Below are positions 13,801-25,373 of a stretch of DNA of 64,000 nt, piece after piece; position 1 is the stretch's first letter, and each line of letters opens with the position of its first letter. The position numbers were made by a program, and so were the translations under genes. Location: assembly GCA_047495785.1 (NCBI GenBank), contig JBLDXI010000013.1:1674001-1738000 (forward strand), written 5' to 3'. The stretch is from Lepidodermella squamata (Eukaryota; Animalia; Gastrotricha). The notes under the pieces are model-generated. The model was not told the DNA's origin and made no database searches. It saw only the letters and a program-made list of their open reading frames with translations.

Positions 13801-16800
13801 CGACTGAGCGCCGGGGAAGATTCCGGGAACTCCGGCAAAATATGCCTGACCCGCACCTGGTAAGAACTGACCAGGCCAGGTAGGGTACGTAGCGTAAATT
13901 TGCTGGGCAGCCGGAGCGGCTGACACGACCGCGGCAGGAGTTGCATTTGCCGGGGTCGGAGTGGTAGACGCCGAAGACTGAGCCGTTGAGTGGGAAACAC
14001 CCGGAGCAGCTGGGCCGAGGGAAGAACTTGTTCCGGATGAAACTGATGGCGGCGGTGTAGGAATAGCAGCGGGTATCACCGGGGCCGCGCCTGCAGCCAC
14101 CACCGCAGCCTGAGGAGCCGCAGCCACTGCAGCGGCAGCAGCCAGAGTTGAAACCACTGCGCCAGCAAGAGCAGGCGGCGGGGTGGTCGAGACCGGAATC
14201 GCAGGTACAACAACCGGCTGGACCAAACCGATGGCTGGCGAAAGTGCTGATGGAAGGCCCGGTGATGGCTCACCTGACGGTGGGTAACCCGGCCTGCTTG
14301 AACGCCTCGGGCCTGGAACGGTACCAGCAGCACCTGGCGGAATATTAGCGGCACCGGCTGCCGGCATTTGATAGGCAGCAGCCTTGATGCGAGCCTAAAA
14401 TAAAAGAAAAATCAATAAGGGATTTCAAAGCCGGATATTTTACTTACCCTGATCGGATTTCCAAGGAAAGTGACGACTTCCGTTCGCAAGTAATTGAGAG
14501 CTTGTTGCGCCTCGTGCTCGTCCTCAAATGTCAAATACCATGAATCCAAGTTAACGAAGGAGACTGAAATTGGCTTAGCCGGGCAGCTAGGATCTGCGAA
14601 CAAGTTTTCAATCGTTTCTTTCGGCGTATCAGGCGGCACCTCGCGCATAATAACAGTGCATCTCGAACGAGGGCGAACACGCACTTTTTGCTCGTCCTGG
14701 TCTAACTGAAGTACTTCCGACTCACGAAGAGCGTCAGCCAAAAAACTGATATCTTCCGTCAACTTCTTGACCCTTGGGAACTGAATAAGCTTATCGAGCG
14801 GCACGTACTTGTCAGCGTCCATCAACTCGGTGAGGTATTTATCGCGCGAGAGATTGTCTCTGGAAAAGTAGAACTCGACCTGTTGCCGCAGACGTTCCTT
14901 GATTTGAGCCGGAGTGGCATCGGGAGGCATGTCGTTCTGTTGCATGTCTGAGTCGGAATTGTTCGACGACACCGAGCCCGACGATCGCTGTTCGGCTATA
15001 CCCTGACCGCCGAGCGACACCGACAAATCGCCATTGGTTGAACCCGACGTATTATGCATCTGTGTCGAAGTCGACTTTACTGTGAACTGTCCACTGCCAC
15101 TGCTGGCTGGTTGCTCTGAACCATCGAAATTTGCGGAGACAGCAGGCAAATATGCTGTAAATAACAATGATTAAGGTGGAACTTGAAGAAAATGTGAGCA
15201 ATGACAAACCTGGTGACACCACTGGTTGCCCCGGGTTGAATGGATTCGTGATGACTTGAAGAGTAGGTGCAAGCAGGCCAGTCGCAGGCGCTGCGCCGGA
15301 TTGCTGAACTGCTGCGGCAGCGGCGGCGGCTGCGAACTGAGGCGGCAAGTACGATCCGTACACGGCTGGAATCGGTGTGAAAGGCACGGCCGGGACAGCG
15401 CCCGGAACTACGGCGGCGGCGCCTGGTGCGATCGGCGCGGCCGGAGTGAAGTTAATACCGGCGGCTCGAGCTGCGATTTGCGGAGGAGCCTGTGCGGAAA
15501 TAAAACGGAAATGCGTTATTAAGATTGAAGAAAACGCAAATCAGAACATTTAAAAAAATTTAAGTAATCACGTTATGTACCACGAGTACTGGCAGAGAAA
15601 AACAACGTGGCCCTGTGTTGGCAATGACTCTGAATAGAGGCTTCTGTGAGCTGGAAGAAGGCGCGACCGCGGCGAAAACGATTGAGGAACGACTCGAGCC
15701 GTTCGACCGGGTAAGGACGAATAGGTTAGTTGGAGGGGTTGGCGTGCTTTGGCCGAGCACTTTATACGCGCGCTCGGTATTGGGCACAGTCAGGAGCAGC
15801 ATGATTTCGGCAAGTTAGCGCATGTTTACGAATAAAAATAATCGCGAAATCGTGGACAAAATTTGCTACAATGGCCCAACTAAATTTCAAGTGGCTGATT
15901 TAACAAGACGAGCAACGGGCAGCAGCTAAATTTCAGCCGAGAGACAGTAATCCGTCTGAAGTCAAGCTCTTATTCCGTCACACAGGCTGTTATTTAGACA
16001 GAGGGATTGTTTGTTTATCTACCGCTACAAGCAGCCTCTCTTTGGGCCGCATGATATGTTTGCACAACAAAAGAGCCGCTCGCGCGCGTAACAATCGCAC
16101 CGACGCCACCTAGCGCTACGGTTAGAAGCCAATCCCCGGGACATATTAGGGACACACGGGCAATAAACGACCGCGCCTCCTTCCGCCTTTCGAACAGATT
16201 AGTATAGGTAAGAAATAAGTACCGAAGCCGGGTCTACGTCTTGGTGAGACGTTATGAAAGACTTGAAGGTGGCACCAACAGGCAGAGCGCCTTCAAAGAC
16301 AAGCCGACTAATCTGGTATTGTCGCAGGCAGATGATAACACTATTGGGAGACAGGTACATAATCTGGCCCGGTTTCAATACCGGCCAGTTTTGCATGTCT
16401 GCGGCATCGCGTTTCGACGCCGCAATCACGCTGGTCACATCGCCAACGATTGGGAATTTACTGTCAACGAGATCGTCACACGTAGATTTCACCGGTACCA
16501 CGAGTGTGGCGTTCGAAGCAAACTGATGAGATGATGATGATTGCAAGTTGTCGGCCGAAGTAAAACACGACTCAGGCCAGAAGAGCACCAATTTTTGAGA
16601 TAACAAAGAAGAGCTTTCGAAGCAAATGCATTCGCCGAGATCAGCAGTCGTCCCCTCGCTACTGTCACCCTCTTTAGTAGCAACAAGAGGGGGCTTACGC
16701 ATATCGTAGTAAAAACAATGCAGTAATAAACAACAAAAAGAAATAATAAAGGCGGAAGTGTGTTCTAAATGAAAAAATGAAGATGAAACTGATTCAAATT

Positions 16801-18954
16801 AGATTGCCCATCTGTTACATGAAGAATGAATAATCGTCGAGAGCCAAGCATTAAAAAACAGAAACAAATCCTAGCTAGACAGCGGGGTAAAGGTGCGCAC
16901 AGACGATATTAGAGCGTTTTTCCGCTTTCTACACAGAATGTGTGAGCTACAAAGGACGTCTGGTGATTTTAACTTATCGTAGTCACGCAAAAAACTACGA
17001 TGGATCACTTGACTTGGCATTTCGTTGAAGGGTGAAGGGGTAAGGCAAATAAAGGCACGTAATATAATAAATTTTGAACGGAAAACAGCGCAGCTATCGG
17101 TAACAAAATGATGCTCTTTTTCGATATTAAGCGACGAAGGTTGGCATGAAAATATATATATAGTAGGTATGGTTAAACTTTTATAGTGTGAAAATGGCTA
17201 CGTGAAAATTTCTTAGAGGCTATACGCTAATATGGCGACTACTGCGTTTAGAGAAACTACAGCAACAACAACACTAAAAACTATTCGCAGCAGCGCAATA
17301 CCTATATAAAGCACACAGGACGCTGCTGAGACACGTCGCCATATACCTACATATAATGTAGACGGAGAGAGCATCAAGTCTTGTTCTGCTTTTCGCGAGC
17401 TGGCTGTAGGAAGAAGTAGTGTTTGCGAACAGCCGTCAAACATCATGTGAGCGAGAAGACGAATGGGGCCGCGACCACACAGCCGCGCATAAACGCCGGC
17501 AATATATCTCGCATTAAGGTACTACATCGCAATTTACCTACAACGTATTTTGTGGTAGTGTATAAAACTACGTGTTGCTGCTTGGGTGTTGTTGTTTGTA
17601 GGTAAAACGGAGCTATGACCACGACGACGACGACAGCGAGCAAGAAGAACGCTGCGATGTACTGTATTTAGCCCGCAGAATGCTTCGGTTATGATTCGTA
17701 ATAAATAATAGTTATAATAATATTATCATCAATAATAAGATGAGCGCAGAAGCGAGCTCTCAGTGGTAGGTAGAACCAACCGTATATAGAACGACACCTC
17801 AGCACATGCAAGGTGAGGTGGCCTGTGTCGTCGCGGCAACGTTTTCGCCTTACTACCCCACTACTACCTTTATTTCCAGCTTTTATGCTTATTACAAGCA
17901 TCACGATGATAATAATAATAATACCGCAATAAAGAGAGCAAGTGGATGGACAATGATAGTAGTAGCAGAGGCTATCAACGTGGCCGTGCCTCGCAGCTCC
18001 AAACCGCATACAAGCACAAACGGGGACATAATCATCATCATCGTCGTCGTCGTCAGAGAGTGTGTGCACTAAAATGCTACACGGTTTTACTACCATTCTT
18101 TTTAGATGCGACGAGCTCGCGAGACAATGTCCGAGTTTCATTTCGACAGGCGCAGGACCTGGCGCAAGACACGCACAATGGAAGCCGTTAACGGAACGGA
18201 AATAAGATAATGAAACGGCTCATAATGCCATAATCACCAAAACGCAAACATCATAACATAATAAGAACCGGCAATAACAATCATCACCATACTTTCCTGC
18301 CTTTGAAGCATTCACGAAACACGTTTGTACCCCAGGTTATTACCATGATCATTATTATTCCTCCTTCACGCTGTAGTATAATAATATTATTACCACTACT
18401 CTACCGCGATGTGACTCTAAGTTAACGTTTGTCATAAAAACTGTCACGCCGATGGGCTATAACCTAACTAAGAGCATAAACGTGAAAATCCAAGTTTTAA
18501 TCGATTTCCTTCATTCTCAAGTCGCTCGACTGCATTTATTATTCACAGCGAGTTTCTACCGTAAGGCCGGTATTACCACACCGACACCGTGCAACAAATG
18601 AATAATGATGAGTCAAATGAGTGGCAACTATAACGCTAAATAAAACTGAATTGAATCACAACAGCCCTTGTACACCAGCGGCTACCACCCAACAGACACG
18701 CAGAATATTAATGTTACGACGCAAGTCAAGCGAACCATGAAAACAAAGGCTTCTGTGAGTAGTGAGTATAGTATTTGCCGCGACTTCACAAACATGAATT
18801 GAACCGTTGTCCTCATGTTGCTACCATTGAGTGAATCAATGAGATAAGCGCATCAAAGAACTGCATGATACGGACTATCATTTGAACTTATTGTTGCTGC
18901 ATTCATACGCTTAACGAATAAAAATGTGAACAAACTAACCGGATTAGTTAACAT
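10886..18954 (-). CDS. LARP4: La-related protein 4 (La motif + RRM, long low-complexity C-terminus); exons 18954-18940 (tentative), 15489-15210, 15154-14448, 14394-13134, 12801-12309, 12249-11298, 11233-10886 (~1350 aa)
   Basis: La motif LRQQVEFYFSRDNLSRDKYL..M..DKYVPL. LARP4-type RRM RCTVIMREVP...WYLTFEDEHEAQQALNYLRTEVVTFLGNPIR|ARIKA. All introns are GT-AG and phase-compatible. The first exon (ATG TTA ACT AAT CCG|gttagt) is inferred and less certain than the core. Confidence 0.85.
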
Positions 18955-20489
18955 GGTCTTTCCGATAGCTTTGCTTCAGTTGTGACGAATAAACGGCTTG
19001 AAAGTTGTATTTGCCAAGTTTGCCAAATCAAATCGTTCGGGAAACAACCAAAATCACCGTGCAGTAATAATGGATAAGCCGCGATGAGTAGAGCCGGGGG
19101 CTAAAATTGACAAAAAACAGTAGGGTCAGTCAAGGTGATATTGAGCATGATTAAAGATGATCAAAGATACAAAACCCGAGCCCAAGAAAGCAGCGACCAG
19201 TTTATAAAATTAAATGTAACTAAAGCTTCAACTAAATTATTTGCATCTTCTCTTCCCATAACAAAACACTGATCATAAACGGATGCATTATCTATTTACA
19301 ATAGTTTAAGCTGACACGATAATCCAAGAATGGATGGATGACCGTATTAGCAGAAAATCTGAACAATGATCATCATCGCCATTCAAGTACCGATGAGCAG
19401 GAATTAGTAAGCCACGGTGAGCCCGCAGTCGTAAAAGTTAAAAATCGTAAAAATGACTTCTTCGTGGTGGGTTCATAGAGAAAAAATGAGATGGGTATAT
19501 CCACAAGAATGAATAGGATAACACGCTTCAGATTTATCAGAAATCCCAATGGAGGCTGAATAATATGCTTACAGGCAGCTAAATTTATATGTAACTGAAT
19601 CCCATCCATCCATCCTACCCATCCCTAATCGAAAATACATGGGCGTGACCGGATACTTGCGAAATGTGCTCTCCCGAACATTCGGCAAGTTAGAATCCTA
19701 GCACACAGATATAGGAATTGAATGCAATATCAGTAAAAACTCCAGTTTTCGGAATAGCCTAAATCCACACTACACATGATTTCATGATTAATAAGTATGC
19801 TGATACTTTGACAACTGACAAGCTGGATATAAACGATGTAGGATATGAACTTATGAATATACCAATCGCAAATGGCAAAAATGACTTCAAGTATTACTAG
19901 CACATATTACATGATGAGTATTAAATGAGGGTTTATGGCTAATGTACTTAGGGAGAAGGTTTGTCGATCAAAGATGATCCATAGCGGCTGATGTTCAAGT
20001 TCCTTCAACAGTGAGTTCCAGCAAATCTATAATCAAGGAGCAGCTGAACTTGATAAAATATTGGGCAATGGGCCAATATCGAATTCAATCGATCAAACAA
20101 AGCTCCCCGGGTCAAACAAGTAAGTATAACTTCTATAACTTCTAAAAGTTGAGAAAAAATTACAACGCATACCTTCAGAATTTCGATCAAAATCCGAAGT
20201 CCATGAAAACCGGAAATATGCAATTTTTGAACCAGGTATTCTTAAGAATTCGTTTACTGAGACAACAAAGATATCTTGTGAAAACTACGCACAGGCATCA
20301 GCCCGATGATGACTAAGAGGTTACTTCTTCTTGACAGTGTCTAACACGTGCCGCGACGCCCGCCCACAAGCTTCGAGGGCTAGAAAATGAGAAAATTTTA
20401 TTTATAATCTTCACATAATTTATATAAATATCGCTGGACTAGATTTTTGTTTTAAAAAAATGCAAATTGTGGTAAATGTATTTTTACAC

Positions 20490-20518
20490 GGCGCGCGAAA
20501 ATTCAAAAGTTTGGCGCG
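20490..20518. promoter_or_regulatory. Candidate E2F/CDE-CHR (DREAM-type) element upstream of LARP4
   Basis: GCGCG-AAAA-TTCAAA (E2F-like core, 4-nt spacer, TTYRAA), followed by TTTGGCGCG. Confidence 0.35.
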
Positions 20519-20928
20519 TCGACCTTGCTGTTCAAGTTGGCGCTGCATAGCGGCCCGAGCGGAAGCAACACAAAGGGCCAAGTTTGCGCCAATTATTTTA
20601 AGAAAATACCGTTGGCTTCATTCTGACAGGTTGATGATGAATACTCACAATGAAATCGACAGAGTGAATTTCGCTAGTTGCTAGTTTGGAATTAAAACGC
20701 ATATTGGTAAACGACCTTCAATTTGCCTTGCTTTTCTCCCTGTTTAATGATGACTTGTTTGATGAGATGAATAAGCTTGGGTGTAAATTTTTCCCTCATC
20801 CGATTTATTCTGTACACAGAGGATCTTGTTTTTTTTCCGAAGTTATGGTAAAAGTATTTTGAATTTTTTATTTTCGATAGAATTTCGGTCACTGATTATC
20901 GCAAGTCGCAAAATAAACATAGAAACTA

Positions 20929-21548
20929 CCGTCAGATGGGGTGACTTTGCCAGTCGGGGTCACTTTGCCACGGAAAAATGGGGCGACTTTCGCATAGCCA
21001 TATCTCAGAGTTATCAAGATAAAGGCCCCTTGAGTGGGGTACCGTTGGAAAGCCCAAGAAAATACCAGCTGGAATGCCTTGAACATACTTCAGCCCTTCA
21101 CAATACCTGGTGATTAACCACAGGTAAAGTTGAGCGAAAAAATTGAGTTTTCGGTAGAATTTAGATGACTCTAAAGTCGACCAGGTGTGATCAAAAAGAA
21201 AAATCATTGTCATTATCGAGCAATCTCTGACACAAGCTATCCAGCGGTACCCCACTTGAGAGGCATCCGCCTTTCCACCTGGGGTTTGAGATAGGGCAAA
21301 GTCGCCCCATCTGCATCTAAACCGTACGCGGGGTGACTTTGCCAGTATCAAACGTCAGTTTGTAAATTGGATACTGTTCTAACAGCAACACAAGGTATAT
21401 AATTAAATTCTGCATACTCAGGGCTTTCCGTTGACATCCTATTTCACATACATCATGCATGAGATATGGACAGCGTGTGCGATCTAAACTCGATCGCAAA
21501 AACCTATGGCAATGTCGCCCCACTGGCTAAAGTCACCCCATCTGACGG
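20929..21548. mobile_element. Non-autonomous Tc1/mariner-superfamily DNA transposon (MITE), 620 bp
   Basis: Perfect 20-bp TIR CCGTCAGATGGGGTGACTTT with TA on both sides (20927-8, 21549-50). Internal copies of the GGGG(T/C)GACTTT motif. No transposase ORF. Confidence 0.85.
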
Positions 21549-21838
21549 TACGTACAATTTCCAGGGTGCCCATGATCCAGGCTATCCAACGATACCCCAC
21601 TCATAGGATCTTTACCTCACCTCATTCGATTTTTGATATGCCTAAGTCATTTGACGGTGCAAAAATAAATTAGAAAATAGATTAAGGATCTGTTAGATTA
21701 AATTTTCCGAGATTCGCAACGCAGCAAAGAGGGGTCTTTCGTAGCCATAATTCAGGCCTAGTAAACGCGCTTCAGGTCACTAGCCACGCGGCATTTTATT
21801 TTCGTTATTATGGCCTGGTCGCGCAACTGATATAAACA

Positions 21839-22123
21839 CCGTCAGTGGGCTGACTTCGGTTTGCCAAAATGGGGCGATTCTGGAAATGCGTAAAATCAAA
21901 ATAGCAGCTAAAAGACCAATTAAGGGCAGGAAACCCCAAGAAAAGGCACAAATTCATTCGTAAAAATTAATGGCGTTTTCCGAGAATGAACTAGAGCCAA
22001 ACTTGTAATAATTTGCAAGTTTAAGCTGTGTGAATTTCAGGTATCTTTATCTTTCAGTAGTCGCCAAAACCTTCAATAGTGAAAAAATGTCACCCCACAC
22101 AGCTAAGTCGCCACATCGGCCGT
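21839..22123. mobile_element. Degenerate relative of the 20929-21548 MITE
   Basis: Starts CCGTCAGTGGGCTGACTT...GCCAAAATGGGGCGATT and ends TGTCACCCCAC..AAGTCGCCACATC, which are decayed versions of the neighbouring element's termini. Confidence 0.5.
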
Positions 22124-22408
22124 TAGCTGCTTGAAATTGTCCAACAAACACCAGAGTAAATGAGAAAAGGCGGAAATGAGAATCAGTTGTCGATCACCAT
22201 CAATCGCAAACAACGAGCAAATCGAGAAAAATCTTCCGATTCAGGAAAAGGCTTCTAGAAAAATGTAAACCTAACCGATTCTGCGGCCAGTTGACAAGCA
22301 TGAAAACCGTATGTCTGATATCTCTATGTGAATGTTCAATGTCTCATAAGTAACGAGGGTAATACATTAAATAGTATTAGTATAGTCAGAAAACTCAGGC
22401 GGTTTAAA

Positions 22409-22440
22409 ATATCATGATATCATGATATCATGATGCCATG
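22409..22440. repeat. (ATATCATG)3 self-complementary tandem repeat
   Basis: Three exact 8-mers followed by ATGCCATG. Confidence 0.8.
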
Positions 22441-23134
22441 CTATTTCAGATGTCTTTACCCATGAACCAAGTCTCATAACCCAAGAAAAGGTAAACCGAC
22501 GAGAAGATCCGCTAAAATCGGAGCTACCGGATCTGTCATCTGGCGGTTGAATTAGTCGATGTTAAGCCGATAAACACGGTCAATGGCTAAAGGCTTTTTG
22601 TTTCATACAGAGCTCATACATAAAGTATGTCATCCGGCGTCATAGAATTCACTGACTGATCAAGTGTACTTCCGGATCTGGCGGTGAACCCATATTAACA
22701 AGCCGGCCGCTGGAGGGTTCCGGTAATCAATAAGGAATAAAATCTTCCCCAAAAATCCTTCACGAGGCCGATTAAATTATTTCGCGTAGGGATCCGATTA
22801 TCAACATATCTTCTTGGAAACCATATTCTCAAAATTTTACAAAAAGAAAAGCCTATTCACGACAATCAAAGGAACGTTGTACTAATGAAAAATCCATTAT
22901 TAGCAAGAAAAGCCTCCGTTTTATTTCTCAAAATGACTGAATCATAACAACATAAATTTTTTATAGCTTTGAGCATACAATCTCAGTTTCAACCATGAAT
23001 CAACCGATACTTTACAATCAATTGGTATGCTACATGGGATGGTTTTTTATTATCAAATTACAGAGATGTCACAGAAATTACAAAACCTTGTTGTATTAGT
23101 AAAAAATATGTTTCGCTTTCCGGCTCTCACCCAG

Positions 23135-25297
23135 TTACTGTTGAGCACATTGAATACGAACTGGCCGTCGACCGCCAGGCCCTCGTCTTCTGTTTTCGCC
23201 CTCGTCCTCTTCATCATCTTCATCTTCATCGTCACTGTCATCAAGTGATGAATCTGAATCTCGATCGCCGTTTTCATCTGGTTCATCATCATCGTCATCG
23301 TCGCTAACCAACTCATCAATATTTTCACCACGCGCGGCAGCTTGAGCTCGCATGTGACGCCTTCTTTCACGCTGCAAAGCTTCCATCAAAATCCATGCGA
23401 TCGACGGTAGCTGGCCATCACCATCATCATCGGCGAACGCAGATGTCCTGTTCTCCGCATTTTTCCGCGCTAGCTTTGTGACTTTTTCACACAATTCAGC
23501 GGAGTCAATCGGCGATGCTCGTTCCGGAGTCCAAATTTTGATATCATGGTCGAGACCGGAGGTTGCTAGGATAGGATCGAAGGGATGAGGTTCCAACACC
23601 TGTATAAACGTTGATGAAACCTTATCGGAACAGACCATAATCCAACTTACATTTACTACTCCACCATCATCCCCATGAAAAACATTGACAATCTTCCCGG
23701 TTTTAGTCTCCCAAACAAAGATGTGACCGCAGTCTGACCCAGAAACCACAAATTCGGAATGAGGTCCGTAGAAATTAACGCCTTTTACAGTGGCATAATT
23801 TCTATGACCTCGGAATCGCTGAATAGCATCTTCACCGTCGTTTTGATAAGACCCAAAGAGATAAATATCATCGTCATTGTAAGAACCAATAATCTGCTGT
23901 CCGTTGTTGCTGTAAACCGCGCAAGTCACATGCTTCGAGGTTCCATCATCATCTCCTAAAATAAATTGAAATCCCTGAGTCTATAAGTTGATTTATATTA
24001 CGATTGAGATGAGGAGGACAGAATTTTTTGGCGGGCCTGTCTGTTCCAGCATTTGAACCAGCCGCTGGGGAGGAGCAGTATCGGCGGTCATACACGCGGA
24101 CAAAAGGATCGCGACCAGACGTGAGAAATTCGTGCTCATTAACCGGGTTCGCGTGAATAGAGTAAAGAGGGATTCTAGCCTGGCGCTCCTTTGTATAAAA
24201 CATTTTAGTTGGCTTTTCTTCTCTGACATCGAACAAATAAACGGCAGCATCTTCTCCGCAAGAGTAGAAGGAATGCGGACAAGATGGATCGAGCGTTATT
24301 TTGTGAGCTGAGCCCCGATGCATTCCAAGGCGCCGGGTGTTGCGGCATTCTCCGCTCGTAGAAAGCTGAGCAAGCCGAATTTGACCTGGGATATTAACGT
24401 TAACGAATTAGTTCACTTAGCCAAAGAAACCCTAACGTACCATCACGCGCACAAGATACAATATGAAGATCTGATGAATGTGGCAAAAATTTCGATTGAA
24501 AAACGTTCGCTTGGTGACCGCTATCAAAACGACTGACCAAGCGTTTGCGAGCCCAATCCCAAATGATCACATGAAGATCGTCGGAACCGGATGCAATTAA
24601 TGAACCTATAAATTTTTCGTCAACACTCCTTTATAATTTTGGCTTAGGGCAAACCGGAATCGTTGAAATTAACAGCATTTACACAGCCTTCGTGCCGTTC
24701 TAGTTTGGCAGCCATTTTCCATTTGCTAATCATCCAAGCGCTTCCTTGGATGGCCAGACGCGGAACTTTGCTGATATCAGGTACATTTGGACGGCGGCCC
24801 AAGGCTCTTTTGATGTGCCACTCCAAGACCTTACTTGGTTTTGCAGTAGTGGATGTGAGTAAAGAAGAAGTCCAGGCGAGCGATGCATCTTGGGGCGCGT
24901 CCTCCTGCAGTCGACGGACGACTTCGTCAAGTTCCGACCCCCTGTCATCTTCTTCATCCGTGGTAGACAAAATGTCGTCACTGGTATTAATGATATCGTC
25001 AGAAAGGGCTTCTTCGTTATTTTGACGGGCTGGACTTTCTTCCATTACATCTGAAGATGATGAAGAGGTTTGGCGTGGTCGAACGCGTTTCCGAAGGTGT
25101 GACCTGTCGCGGAAATTGTTATCTGAAGTGGAGGTATTTTCAGGTTCGTTCATTTCAGCATTAGCACTGCCTGCATTCACTTCTGCACGAATGGGCGGTT
25201 CCGATGAATTTTCCCCAGTCAATGGTGCGCCAGCATCCGGCATAGGTTCAACCTCAGCTTCTACATTCTGGTCAAATTCATTTAAGTTATCTGCCAT
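23135..25297 (-). CDS. DCAF8: DDB1- and CUL4-associated factor 8 (WD40); exons 25297-24655, 24605-24441, 24385-24002, 23955-23651, 23599-23135 (~653 aa)
   Basis: Motifs [73 protein letters not shown] and LEPHP..PILATSGLDHDIKIW. Acidic N- and C-terminal regions. Introns of 49, 55, 46 and 51 nt. Confidence 0.92.
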
Positions 25298-25367
25298 TTT
25301 TAAGAGTCTATCAAATATAAAGAAATGATAATTCATAAGCTAGTGATTACATCTGCTGCCTGCATGA

Positions 25368-25373
25368 TTTATT
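25368..25373 (-). terminator. Polyadenylation signal AATAAA overlapping the WDR4 stop codon
   Basis: The minus strand reads GAC AAT GAA TAA ATC. This is the only canonical signal between WDR4 and DCAF8. Confidence 0.55.

Noticed and set aside
10795-15818. Many overlapping plus-strand and alternate-frame ORFs
   Set aside because: These are shadows of the GC-rich, low-complexity LARP4 coding sequence.
17213-18191. ORFs with poly-D, poly-I and poly-V runs
   Set aside because: They arise from AAT/CAT/GAC microsatellite-like non-coding sequence in the LARP4 first-intron region.
19640-20343. Series of GT..AG segments of 47-61 nt suggesting a small plus-strand multi-exon gene
   Set aside because: No consistent reading frame emerges after splicing. 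The base skew and a GTATGC donor at ~20172 fit minus-strand LARP4 5'UTR/intron sequence better.
23600-23650. Stop-free 51-nt introns (also 31859-31909 and 55739-55789) read through by the ORF track
   Set aside because: They have canonical splice sites and typical length, and the DCAF8 and MFS ones interrupt conserved domains. I treated them as introns rather than coding insertions.
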